From positions 3,162,001-3,226,000 of the forward strand of contig OZ218953.1 in the NCBI GenBank assembly GCA_965112735.1: DNA of 64,000 bases, given 5' to 3'. The translations under genes were made by a program, and so were the position numbers. The notes below the pieces were generated by a model. The model saw nothing but the letters and a program-made list of their open reading frames with translations. It ran no database searches and had not been told where the DNA came from. Below, piece after piece: positions 53,937 through 64,000 of this stretch. The DNA comes from Phaeosaccion multiseriatum. Its lineage: Eukaryota; Protista; Ochrophyta, other classes. Numbering within the stretch: the first letter of the stretch is position 1; each line of letters starts with the position of its first letter.

Positions 53937-55736
53937 CTATGGGTCTATCCTTTGTGCTTTGGAAGGCCTTCCTCCTTGCGACGTTTCATTCTCCCTTGAC
54001 TGACGCCACCCCATGCAGACGAGCCACTTGCGTCGCTCCCATGCTGCAAGAGCGAGAGGCCAGCAGAAAAAAGGAGGGGGGGCGGCGAGGGTGCGAGCAA
54101 AGGGGACGATAAGGTCTTTCTCAGGCAGCCAAGCAGGCAGGCAGGCAGGCAGACAGGCAGGCAAGCAGGCAGGCAAGTAAGCAGGCAAGCAGGCAGGCAG
54201 GCAAGCAGGCAGGCAGGCAGGCAGGCAGACAGGCAGGCAGGCAGATAGACAGGTAATACCTGCGTCTCTGATCTCTTCTCGGATGCACTCTGCCATCTCG
54301 GGACTCGAAGCCAGTTCCAGGGCCGTTTTACCGGCGTCGTTCCAACCCTGCAGTGCATGGCTCCGAACCTGATGGTAACACCCAGCGCGTAAAAGACACC
54401 TCGCAACCATAAGGTGCCCACTTTGAGACGCTGCCATCAATGGAGTCATCCCACGCCAGTGTGCTTGATCTTTGTTCACGCCCACGGAAAGCAGCAGCTG
54501 CACCACCGCCGTATGCCCTTGTATACACGCCACCATGAAGGCAGTCAAACCATTTGCGTCCACATGGTCCTTGTTCACCCGAGCGTCGAGGAGCAGCTGC
54601 ACCACCGCCGTATGCCCTTCGGAACACGCTATGGTGAGGGAAGTCTGACCACCTGCGCCCACATGGTCCTTGTTCACCCCAGCGTCGAGGAGCAGCTGCA
54701 CCACCGCCGTATGCCCTTGCATACACGCTATGGTGAGGGCAGTCTGACCACCTGCGCCCACATGGTCCTTGTTCACGCCAGCGTCGAGGAGCAGCTGCAC
54801 CACCGCCGTATGCCCTTGGGAACACGCCGCTATTAAGGCAGTCAAACCATTTGCGTTCACATGGTCCTTGTTCACCCGAGCGTCGAGGAGCAGCTGGACC
54901 ACCGCCGTATGCCCTTGGTAACACGCCGCTGTGAGGGCAGTTGCACCATCTGCGTTCACATGGTCCTTGTTCACCCGAGCGTCGAGGAGCAGCTGCACCA
55001 CCGCCATATGCCCTTGGTGACACGCCATCATGAGGGCAGTCTGACCACCTGCGCCCACATGGTCCTTGTTCACCCGAGCGTCGAGGAGCAGCTGCACCAC
55101 CGCCGTATGCCCTTGCATACACGCTATGGTGAGGGCAGTCACACCACCTCCACCCACATGGTCCTTGTTCACGCCAGCGTCGAGGAGCAGCTGCACCACC
55201 GCCGTATGCCCTTGGGAACACGCTGTGGTGAGGGCAGTGGAACCACTTGCGTCAACATGGTCCTTGTTCACGCCAGCGTCGAGCAGCAGCTGCACCACCG
55301 CCGTATGCCCTTCGGAACACGCTGTGGTGAGGGCAGTCTGACCACTTGCGCTCACATGGTCCTTGTTCACGCCAGCGTCGAGCAGCAGCTGCACCACCGC
55401 CGTATGCCCTTGGTGACACGTCATCATGAGGGCAGTCTGACCACCTGCGCCCACATGGTCGTCCGTGTTTACCCGAGCGTCGAGGAGCAGCTGCACCACC
55501 GCCGCATGATTTATGATACACGCACACAAGAGTGCCGTCCTCCCCATATTGTCCCTGTAGTCCTTGTCCACACCAGCCAACAGCAGCTGCTGCACCGCCA
55601 CTTCATTACCTGTCAGACACGCCTTCATCAGCGAACTTCTTCCATCCCCATCCACATGATCCTTGTTGGCCAACAGCCATACCGTCTCCCGCTTCTTCCC
55701 TTCCTCCTCCTGTGCCCGCATTAACCGTGTGCGCAT
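53937..55736 (-). CDS. Ankyrin-repeat protein B (13 full repeats; exons 55736-54260, 54043-53937)
   Basis: Paralogue of 49055-50720 with one extra repeat and shuffled repeat order. Confidence 0.92.
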   Translation of the reverse strand: MRTRLMRAQEEEGKKRETVWLLANKDHVDGDGRSSLMKACLTGNEVAVQQLLLAGVDKDYRDNMGRTALLCACIINHAAVVQLLLDARVNTDDHVGAGGQTALMMTCHQGHTAVVQLLLDAGVNKDHVSASGQTALTTACSEGHTAVVQLLLDAGVNKDHVDASGSTALTTACSQGHTAVVQLLLDAGVNKDHVGGGGVTALTIACMQGHTAVVQLLLDARVNKDHVGAGGQTALMMACHQGHMAVVQLLLDARVNKDHVNADGATALTAACYQGHTAVVQLLLDARVNKDHVNANGLTALIAACSQGHTAVVQLLLDAGVNKDHVGAGGQTALTIACMQGHTAVVQLLLDAGVNKDHVGAGGQTSLTIACSEGHTAVVQLLLDARVNKDHVDANGLTAFMVACIQGHTAVVQLLLSVGVNKDQAHWRGMTPLMAASQSGHLMVARCLLRAGCYHQVRSHALQGWNDAGKTALELASSPEMAECIREEIRDAGITCLSACLPVCLPACLPACLPACLPAYLPACLPACLPACLPAWLPEKDLIVPFARTLAAPPPFFCWPLALAAWERRKWLVCMGWRQSRENETSQGGRPSKAQRIDP

Positions 55737-55967
55737 GATGCTTGCTTTTGCTTTGCTTACTCTTAACTGATCGTCTACTCAGCACCACCGAGGATATTTA
55801 TATATACCCCTTGGGACCACCACCAGTGGGAAAAAAGAACCGAACTGCCACTCAAACCTTCACCAACTCGGACATTACTTTTAGACAAATAGATGGCACT
55901 TAAAGGTATACAATCTCGATCTCCCCCAATTGTCTCCCCCTTTGAATTATATCCCCGGAGAGAGCCC

Positions 55968-58900
55968 ATGATTGGCGTCAGAGATAATAGAGCTGCAACG
56001 ATTCTGCTGCTGCTGTCTGCCTCTGCTGCCTACGCCTTCAACGCATCTCAGCTCGCAAAGCTGCAGCAGCATCAACCAAGGATCAACAAGGTGATGAAGG
56101 GAGGAGGGAAAATCCTGCCTCCGCCCTCTTTGCTCCATGCCCAGGAGTTGGGAAGTAGAAGGAGAAGCACCAGCACCAGCAGTAGCCCTACTACCACCGG
56201 CACTGCTCTCACGGATTCGACAAGCACTGTAGCACGGAGGGAGAATGCTGGTATACCTCGCCGTCTGCCCTCCCTGATGGAGACAGCGCAGCAAGAATTG
56301 CTCAGACAACAGCAGGAAGGAGGAAGGGAAAGGAGGAAGGAGAACGGCAAGCGCCGTCGGGAGAGAAACCTCAGTATCAAGCAAGACTTGGAGTCGAAGG
56401 ACCTGACGCCACTCAAGGTCAGGGCTTTGGAAGGGCCGTCGTGCCTTCGAATTCACTGGCGACTTGCACCCTGTTTCCCAAAATTGCTCTCGCTCTCGGC
56501 CTTTTGACTTTTTGGGTGCCGATGTGGCAAAATACAGGTCACCGCTTCTCCGGAGTTGCGAGCGCGCCTCCGACTAAAGGGTCGGGAGAAGAGGTCCAGA
56601 GTGTTTGTTTCACAAGAGGACCTACAACGGGAGGAAGGCTTGCTGGAAACCATCAGCGAGGCGATCACTGAGGCCTTTCCGCTCAAGGGTCTACCGTTTG
56701 TTCTCAGGTAAGGGCAGTAATACTTCAGAGAGTCAGGGGGATGGGGTCGCAGTCTTCCTTGTTGGAACAGAAGCTAGCCCACAACAAAGGCTGAGAAGGT
56801 TAGCTCTGGGCATTAGATTCCTCTGCTTGCTCCGCGCTGAGTACTTTCTCTCCTCCGTATCTCTTATCCTTATCGTGCAGTGTAAAGACAGATCGGGAAG
56901 GGGACAAGGCTCGGCTCACAGACGATGCCGGAATGCGAGAGGCGCTTCACTGGGCGGTGAGTGATACCTATGGTAACCAAAGTTTTCAGCCTCCGGGCTC
57001 TTGCCATTCTCCCCCCCGTGCTGTCCTTCCTGGGCCTGACTGTCCATATGCCCCCCCCCCCCCTCGCCTTTTGCCTTCATTGAAGGAGACGGAGGGCAAG
57101 GAGCTTTACATATTCCTCGACGTTCACCCCGATATCCCGGAGGAGGAAGTGCCGCCTTATTTGCAGAGTCTGCCCGACGTAGAGGACCCAGATCAGTGGC
57201 AGATGATTTCCTTCTACAGGTGAGTGATTCTCTTGCCCGTCCGAGACTCGTTACTCTTCCTCTCTCTCTCCCTCCCGCCCCCTCTCTCCTCTCCCTCTCT
57301 CTCTCCCTCTCTCTCCTCTCCCCCTCTCCTCTGTCTGTCTCCCTCTCTCCTCGCTCCTCTCCCTCTCTCCTCTCCCTCTCTCCTCTCCCTCTCTCTCTCT
57401 CGCCCTCTCTCTCCCTCCCTCTCTCCTCTCTCTGTCTCCCTCTCTCCTCTCTCCTCTCCCTCTCCCCTCTCTCCCTCTCTTCTCTCTCTCCTTCTCTCCT
57501 CTCCCTCTCTTCTCTCTCTCCTCTCCCTCTCTCCTCTCTCCTCTCTCTCTCCCTGTATCCCTCTCTTTCCTCTCCCTCTCTCCTCTCTCTTCCCCTCTCT
57601 CGTATCCCTCTCCTCTGTGTCTCCCTCTCTCTCCTTCCCTCTCTCCCCTCTCTCTCCCTCTCTCCTCTCTCTCTCTCTCCTCTCTCCTCTCCCTCCTCTC
57701 GCCGCAGCTGTAACTCACCGTGCTCGGGCATCCATCCCCCCCCCCCACCCTCCCCTCTCCCCTCCCCATCAGATTTGTGCCGATCGATGATCCGGAGACG
57801 TTCACGTTGATGCTGCAGATGCTGTGGAGGCCGCTGGGGGTGTTTGGGAGGGTGTATGTAGCCCACGAGGGCATCAATGCCCAAATGAGTGTACCTCTCC
57901 AAGTGATGGATCGCTTTAAGCTGGCTGTGGACTCCGTCGAGAAGCTGCAGGGTGTTTACATAAACAAGGTGAGAAGGAAGGGAACCTTGCGTGTGTGTGG
58001 GGGGGGCGATGTCGAGAGGGCTCTCTTTTTCTCTCTCTCTGTGTGTGTGTGTGTCTCTCTCTCTCTGTCCCTGTCTTTCTCTCTCCGGTGGGAAGGGCGG
58101 GCGGACGCGTTCACTCACTGAATTTGTATCAAATGAAGGAGATAGGGTAGCGCGCTGAACCCCCCCTCGTCATTGTGCCTGTTGTGCCTTCCTGCGCCCC
58201 CTCGCATCCGGGCAAGGATACGGAGGTCTGGAGTCGGGACAAGTTCAACTCGAGGAGGTGAGTGCCATAGAGTGCCATAGAGCGATGGCAGTGGGTGGGT
58301 CCTCTTGACGTGTCGTCCCATGTGGTGGATCTACAAAGTGAAGGCGGAATCCAATCCAAGACTGGCATTTTCCTTACGTACGTACATACTCTACCGCATG
58401 TCCCTGATGGCCACAACCACAAGGCCCTTTTCCAACCTGCATGTTCGGATGCGGCACCAAATCGTCTCTGACGGGTTGGACCCAGTCACTACGGCGCTGC
58501 AATTCGACTCCAACATTGGAGAGGGCATGGAGCCCGACGCTTGGCACGAGATGGTGGACAGGGACGACACCGTCGTTCTAGACTGTAGAAACACTTACGA
58601 AACGGATGTTGGCATTTTTGACACGGGTACGTAACGTTACGTATTCGGGGTCACGCAGCACTGGAGGTCTGACTTGACTGTCAGCGCCCACACATCCGAT
58701 TTGATTGATTGACTGACTGACTGACTGACTGACTGACTGACTGACTGACTGAGTGACTCACTGACTGGTTGGACGAACAACCGAATGTCTCAAGACTGAC
58801 GAACTGCTGGCGTGGCGTTTCCGGCCACCCATCCATGCGCCCCCTCTCCCCCCTCCCCCCTGCTTCCCTCCCCTCCCCACATGGATTTTTCCACCCCCGC

Positions 58901-60060
58901 CCGCTCCTCCCCCTCCCTCGGCACAGCCGTTCCGCTGGACACCTCCTTCTTCCGCGAGTCTTGGGACTCCTTACGGCAGTCCCTCCGAGACACACCCAAG
59001 GATCGCCCAGTGCTCACATACTGCACCGGGGGGATTCGGTGCGTCAAGATTGCCGCCTATCTGGAGCAGGAGATGGGCTTCACCAACGTCAAGCGCCTCA
59101 ATGGGGGCATTATAAAGTACGCCAGGTGAGTCATGACGTAGGTCCGAAAAGCCGAGAAGGAGGGGATGGTGTGGAGCAATTGGAGTGTTTCGTTACGTCG
59201 GTAAGCGGCGTTCCGACGCTCGCAAGTCGCGCGCCAGACGAGGTATAGTTACTTTGTTAATGTGTAGTTACTCGAGGGCTTCCATATACCCCAACCCGTG
59301 TTCCATGCGGACGGCAGGTGGTGGGTGGTGGTGACTTTCTAAACACGAGTGTCCTCCTGTCCTCTTGACTCGCCAGGTATATCAGCAAGCTGCAAGAGGA
59401 GGGGGGCACCACCAGCAAGTTCAAGGGAAAGAACTACGTGTTTGACAATCGAATGGGAGAGAGAATTACCCAAGACGTGCTCTCAAATTGTGATCAATGT
59501 GGGACCCCCAACGACGACCACGTGAGTAGATCAAGGAGAACCCAAGAAGAAGATAGAGTGACTTGACACGTTTGGTACAGAGAGAGTTGTGTATGGTTGG
59601 GTGGAGAGAGAAGGCTTTTGGCAGTGCGGACACGACAGTGTTTGTGTATGCGTTGTGGGTTTCGGCGGTCGGCGTGAGTGTGGAGTAACGAGCGACTGTT
59701 TTTTCATCTAAATTTGATGCGCTCTCAGGTGAATTGTCGTAACGAACGCTGTGACGTCAGATTCATACAGTGCTCAGCCTGTGGTCAAAAGTACGACGGC
59801 TGCTGCAGCAAAGCGTGCCAAATCATGCGCGCAGCAGTACTAGCTGGTGACACGGCAGCGGTTGGGGCAGCAGCAGTAGCACCAGCAACAGGTGGTGGAC
59901 TATCCTCGGGGGGTGTGCTCACCGCGCCTTCCACGAGACGCGCTACTCTACCGCCGAACATCGCCAAGGTGGTGCAAGCGCAGCAGGGAGCACATCCAAT
60001 CTCTGCGGGTACTGCGGCCACCATCACTACGGATACTCCTCCCCACAGTAGCGAGGACGC

Positions 60061-60091
<31 letters not shown>

Positions 60092-61163
60092 CAGGAGCAG
60101 CGGGAGGTTGTGCCGCAGCGGTTTCAGAACACAGGCCTCAATCGCAAGATGGATGAGCTCATGGAGCGGTATGCCTCTGACAAGTCCAGCGAGGAGCCAG
60201 CCCTCCTCGCACGACTGCGGTGAGTGTGCGAGAGTGGGGCTGAGAGTGCCGTGTTGGAGAGTTTTCAGTTTATGTGACCTATCAATATCGAACACCATAA
60301 ATGGTGTTCATACCGAAGCTTCTGTGTTGCCTACTCCCATGGATGTTAGAGAGTGGGGTTGAGAATCCCATAGATCAATTGGACGCTTTTTGGGAGGGTG
60401 GGGAGGTGAAGAGCACTACCATGAGTTAGTTGGGTACGTGTGCAACCCAACCTCTTCCGTTTGCGTTGCGTTTGTAGTAAGCATGGCAGCGTTCGTTGCC
60501 CTCCGCTCCCCCGCCCCCCCAGGTTGTCCTTGCTTACTTACTTACGTACTTACTTACTTACCTCTGAATGAATGCACACGCGAACACAGGAAGGAGACAT
60601 CCGAGGCGTACTCATCGGCGGCCCATATGCTTGCGGGTCACCTCCAAGGGCGGCTTCTTACGCTCTTGACGAAACTACTCGGTGCCCAAAGAGTCTTGGA
60701 GATTGGCTGTTTTACAGGCTACAGTGCGCTGTGCTTTGCGGAGGGTCTTTGTTCGACTGCGGACGACCCCTCGACGACTGAGGGCCTCGACAGCCTCGCT
60801 GGTACATCGGGCCAGAGGAAGGACGAGAGGAGGGACCAAGAAGTCGTGACGTGCGAGATTGATCCGCGATGCGCCGCTTTTGCGCAGCGTTTCTTCGATG
60901 AGAGCGAGTACGGCGGCAGAATACGTGTCGAGCTTCGACCGGCGATGGACACGCTTCAGGGTATGGTGGAGGGAGGAGAGCAACCCTTTGATATCGTCTT
61001 TATCGACGGAGACAAGCGCATGTACCGGACATACTACGACACGATAATGGACAATCGCTTGTTGAGCAAGAATGGCATCTTGCTGGTGGACAATGTCATG
61101 TTTCATGGGGAGGTTCTGGAAGTGGAGCAGGAGAGGAGCGAGGAGGCAAGCCAGGATGGCAGT

Positions 61164-61196
<33 letters not shown>

Positions 61197-61255
61197 GGTG
61201 GAGCACTGAGCGAGGTAGGAGGGCTTGAAGCTGAAGGAGTACCAGCAGCAACAAG

Positions 61256-61299
<44 letters not shown>

Positions 61300-61523
61300 C
61301 ATCAGTAGTGGCATCGGCAGCAGCAGTAGTCGGAGCTGAGGCAGGAGCAGGCGGAAGGGGAGGAGGAAAGGAGGACAAAATTCTGGCCAAACGAGTGAAG
61401 AGGCGGAGAAGAATCGCCGAGAGCCTGGCGGACTTCAATGACCACGTCAACGCCGACCCTCGGGTAGAGATCGTCGTGCTTCCCTTGAGGGACGGTCTAA
61501 CACTGGTGCGATGGAAAGGCTGA
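55968..61523 (+). CDS. Fusion protein (~1012 aa): bipartite targeting leader + TrhO/YceA (UPF0176 rhodanese) tRNA U34 hydroxylase + CCoAOMT/TrmR-type SAM O-methyltransferase; exons 55968-56417, 56538-56707, 56881-56956, 57086-57219, 57773-57968, 58217-58257, 58424-58626, 58927-59125, 59377-59521, 59729-60219, 60590-61523
   Basis: TrhO motifs: ISFYRF, GRVYVAHEGINAQ, LDCRNTYETDVGIF, YCTGGIRCVK, LNGGIIKY, FKGKNYVFDNR, Cys-rich CDQCG..NCRNERC..CSAC..CCSKAC. Methyltransferase motifs: EEPALLARLRKET, QGRLL, VLEIGCFTGYS, FDIVFIDGDK, LVDNVMFHG, LPLRDGLTL. All 10 introns are phase-consistent (3039 nt total). Confidence 0.9.
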
Positions 61524-61624
61524 TTGACTGATTGATCAATTGATTGATTATTGTGAGGGTGAAACATTTCACAGCTCAAAACTATCGTACCTACTGTTTA
61601 TATGAGGGTGTTTTGTACTACTAC

Positions 61625-62139
61625 TCGGCCCCGTGCACGCCTAGCGGCCTAGGCCTATTTTGGAAAATTGCCCGGCCTAGCGAGGGCCGTAGGCCCTCGG
61701 CCTATTATAGGCCGCCTAGGCGGCGGCCTAGGCGGGGGCCGGAGGCCCGCGGCCTAGGGCAGACGCCAACTAGGCGCAGGTCCAGGGCGGGAATATGCTC
61801 ATATGTCCCCCTGCCTGGGCTGGCCCGGAACCCGCCCAAGTGTCGTCAGTTTTAAGCAAATGTATTGCATGGGATAAGTGAGGAGAGACTTGGTTCTATA
61901 GACTTGGTTCGTGTTGTCTCTTTCCGCCTCGCTGGCCCTACGAGGAGTGCAGGCCTACAGGTGTGCTGCTACCCCTGGCTGGGCGGCACCACGCACGCGC
62001 CCACGGTCACTGGGAGGCTGCCTAGAGGCGGGCTATAGGCCGCCTAGGGCTGAAAAGTGAGCGGCCTAGAGCGGCCGGAGGCCGCCGGCCTAGGCCTATT
62101 TCGGCCGAAGGCCGAGCGGCCTAGCTTGCACGGGGCCGA
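61625..62139. mobile_element. 515-bp non-autonomous DNA transposon (MITE)
   Basis: Perfect 13-bp TIRs TCGGCCCCGTGCA / TGCACGGGGCCGA, flanked on both sides by TACTACTAC, with dense subterminal GGCCTAG(GCC) arrays and no ORF. Confidence 0.88.
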
Positions 62140-62248
62140 TACTACTACTTGTAGTAAAACAAAAACCAAAAAAAGCGTCGTACCTGTGAGCAGCGGATTC
62201 GATCCTATTAAGTCAATAAGTCATATTTTCTTGTCGTCGTAGGCGGGA

Positions 62249-64000
62249 ATGAAGCCCCTTTGGAAGACGCAGGACACTCCGCCCCCCTTGATGGGCTTCA
62301 TTTCCCCAGCAGCAGGATATGCGGCCGGTGGATATGGCTCTTCTGCTACTTCTTTCACAGGCTCGCGGGGAAGAAGCGTCTCTGCCTCCTCGGCACATCC
62401 TCCTGTGGCAAAACAGAACTCCTTCCGCGAGGAGGAGCGATGGCCGACTCATTCGCTCCTTCTTGAATCCAGGGGTGGTACGGGAGGGACATGGCAGGGA
62501 CGAGGATCTGGGCGAGGCCAGCGAATAGAGTTGACCAAAGCGATCCAGAGACATGCGAAAATGCGCGACTGGAGAGGGATTGCGAGAGTGATTGGGGAGG
62601 CGAAAGCCGCAGGGACTGAGATGGACATAATTTCGTACAACGCTGCCATTTCTGGGGTGGGAAAAGCTGGGCGCTGGAAGGGTGCGCTTGCCCTACTCGC
62701 TGAGATGAAGGCAAGTGGTCTCCAACCCGATGTCATCACGTACAGCTCTGCGATTTCTGCTTGTGGCAAGGCAGGAGAGCACGAGAAGGCGCTTGACTTA
62801 CTGGATGAGATGCAGAGGAAAGGACTTCAACCGAATGTAATTACGTACAGCTCCGCAATTACTGCTTGTGGCAATGCGGAAGAGCACGAGAAGGCGCTTG
62901 CCTTGCTGACGAAGATGCGAAGGGAAGGACTTCAACCCAATGACATCTCGTACAGCTCTGCGATTACTGCTTGTGGCAACGCAGGGGAGTATGAGAAGGC
63001 GCTTGACTTGTTGGAGGAGATGCGCAGCGAAGGTCTTCAACCCAATGTCATCACGTACAACTCTGCGATTACTGCTTGTGGCAATAGAGGCCAGCACGCG
63101 AAGGCCCTTGACTTGCTCAATGAGATGCGGAGGGAAGAGCTTGAACCCAATGTCGTCTCATACAGCTCTACGATTACTGCATGTGGCAATGCAGGGGAGC
63201 ATGAGAAGGCCCTTGGCTTGCTGAAAGAGATGCGGAGGGGAGGCCTTCAACCCGATGTCATCACGTACAACTCTGCGATTTCTGCTTGTGCCAAGGCAGG
63301 GCAGCATGAGAAGGCGCTTGCCTTGCTGAAGGAGATGCGCAGGGAGGGCCTTCTACCCGATGGATTCTCGTACAGCTCTGCTATTTCTGCTTGTGGCAAT
63401 GCAGAAGAGCACGAGGAGGCGCTTGCCTTGCTGAAGGAGATGCGCAGGGAAGGGCTCCAACTCAATGAAGTCTCGTACAACTCTGCGATTACTGCTTGTG
63501 GGAATGCAGGAGAGTACGAGAAGGCGCTCGACTTGCTCGAGGAGATGCGCAGGGAAGGGCTTCACCCCAATGAGATATCGTACAACTCTGCGATTTCTGC
63601 TTGTGGGAAGGCAAGAAAGTACGAGAAGGCGCTGGAATTGCTGGCGGAGATGGGGAGAGAAGGGCTTCAACCTGATGTCATTGCGTACAGCTCTGCGATT
63701 TCTGCTTGTGGGAAGGCAGGAGAGCACGAGAAGGCGCTTGATTTGCTGGAGGGTATGGGCAGGGAAGGGCTTCTACCCAATGAAATCTCGTATAATTCTG
63801 CTATTACTGCGTGTGGCAATGTAGGAGAGTACGGGAAGGCGCTTGACTTGTTGGAGGAGATGCGCAGGGAAGGGCTTCAACCCGATGAAATCTCGTACAA
63901 TGCTGCAATCACTGCTTGTGGCAATGCAGGAGAGCATGGGAAGGCGCTTGACTTGCTGGAGGGCATGCGTAGGGAAGGGCTTCAACCCGATGAAATCTCG
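62249..64000 (+). CDS. Second intronless PPR protein (>=13 repeats; paralogue of 45839-47944), running off the window
   Basis: Open frame from ATG 62249 (MKPLWKTQ...MGFISP...HPPVAKQNSFR...RIELTKAIQRHAKMRDWRG) into continuous 35-aa repeats. It is missing from the ORF track because no stop lies in the window. Confidence 0.92.
   Translation, partial: MKPLWKTQDTPPPLMGFISPAAGYAAGGYGSSATSFTGSRGRSVSASSAHPPVAKQNSFREEERWPTHSLLLESRGGTGGTWQGRGSGRGQRIELTKAIQRHAKMRDWRGIARVIGEAKAAGTEMDIISYNAAISGVGKAGRWKGALALLAEMKASGLQPDVITYSSAISACGKAGEHEKALDLLDEMQRKGLQPNVITYSSAITACGNAEEHEKALALLTKMRREGLQPNDISYSSAITACGNAGEYEKALDLLEEMRSEGLQPNVITYNSAITACGNRGQHAKALDLLNEMRREELEPNVVSYSSTITACGNAGEHEKALGLLKEMRRGGLQPDVITYNSAISACAKAGQHEKALALLKEMRREGLLPDGFSYSSAISACGNAEEHEEALALLKEMRREGLQLNEVSYNSAITACGNAGEYEKALDLLEEMRREGLHPNEISYNSAISACGKARKYEKALELLAEMGREGLQPDVIAYSSAISACGKAGEHEKALDLLEGMGREGLLPNEISYNSAITACGNVGEYGKALDLLEEMRREGLQPDEISYNAAITACGNAGEHGKALDLLEGMRREGLQPDEIS

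Larger units (their letters stand above)
47518..57701. repeat. Tandem segmental duplication, unit ~4.9-5.3 kb (copy A 47518-52397, copy B 52398-~57701)
   Basis: Near-identical sequence repeats, starting at an offset of 4880 bp. It covers the PPR-SMR 3' end, the TTC38-like fragment, the ankyrin gene and the first four TrhO exons. Confidence 0.93.

Noticed and set aside
53937-54260. 599-aa unspliced ankyrin ORF with a (CLPA)n segment
   Set aside because: The segment is a 216-nt (CCTG)n intron that happens to be in frame. The equivalent intron in copy A is 184 nt and out of frame.
49414-55724. Repetitive His-rich antisense and alternative-frame ORFs over the ankyrin arrays (and likewise over the PPR arrays)
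   Set aside because: These are shadows of tandem 99-bp and 105-bp coding repeats, with no independent coding signal.
60390-61523. Stand-alone 377-aa O-methyltransferase gene
   Set aside because: Its N-terminal part is intron sequence. The domain's first helix lies in the upstream exon shared with TrhO, so it is part of the fusion.
37340-64000. Apparent RNA-modification cluster (PUS7, PPR-SMR, TrhO-methyltransferase)
   Set aside because: The genes are probably active in different compartments, unrelated genes are interspersed, and nothing indicates co-regulation. Adjacency alone is not evidence in a eukaryote.

Overview
GC-rich eukaryotic nuclear DNA with GT-AG spliceosomal introns, most of them filled with microsatellites, and short intergenic spacers. 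A signal peptide plus 'AYAF' leader suggests an alga with a complex red-type plastid, such as an ochrophyte. Gene order: 3' part of a family-A DNA polymerase (theta/nu-like, +); two intact BTB/POZ genes flanking a BTB pseudogene (-); a 22-exon EF-hand/WD40/EF-hand gene (+); a GNAT acetyltransferase (-); a large probable MEI1/PRD1 meiotic gene (-); an acidic tail-anchored protein (-); PUS7/TruD (-); a PPR-SMR gene (+); a ~4.9 kb tandem duplication carrying two ankyrin-repeat paralogues (-) and gene fragments; a TrhO (rhodanese tRNA U34 hydroxylase)-O-methyltransferase fusion (+); a 515-bp MITE; and a second PPR paralogue running off the window. The best candidate for a new system is the probably plastid-targeted TrhO-TrmR-like fusion, which could carry out U34->ho5U->mo5U on one polypeptide. 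Also notable: PPR-SMR and ankyrin paralogues diversifying at their specificity residues, and a DNA motif (GTATCACCAACTG) dispersed through exons and introns in different frames. Gene models were spliced by hand. Family assignments rest on recalled motifs, not database searches.
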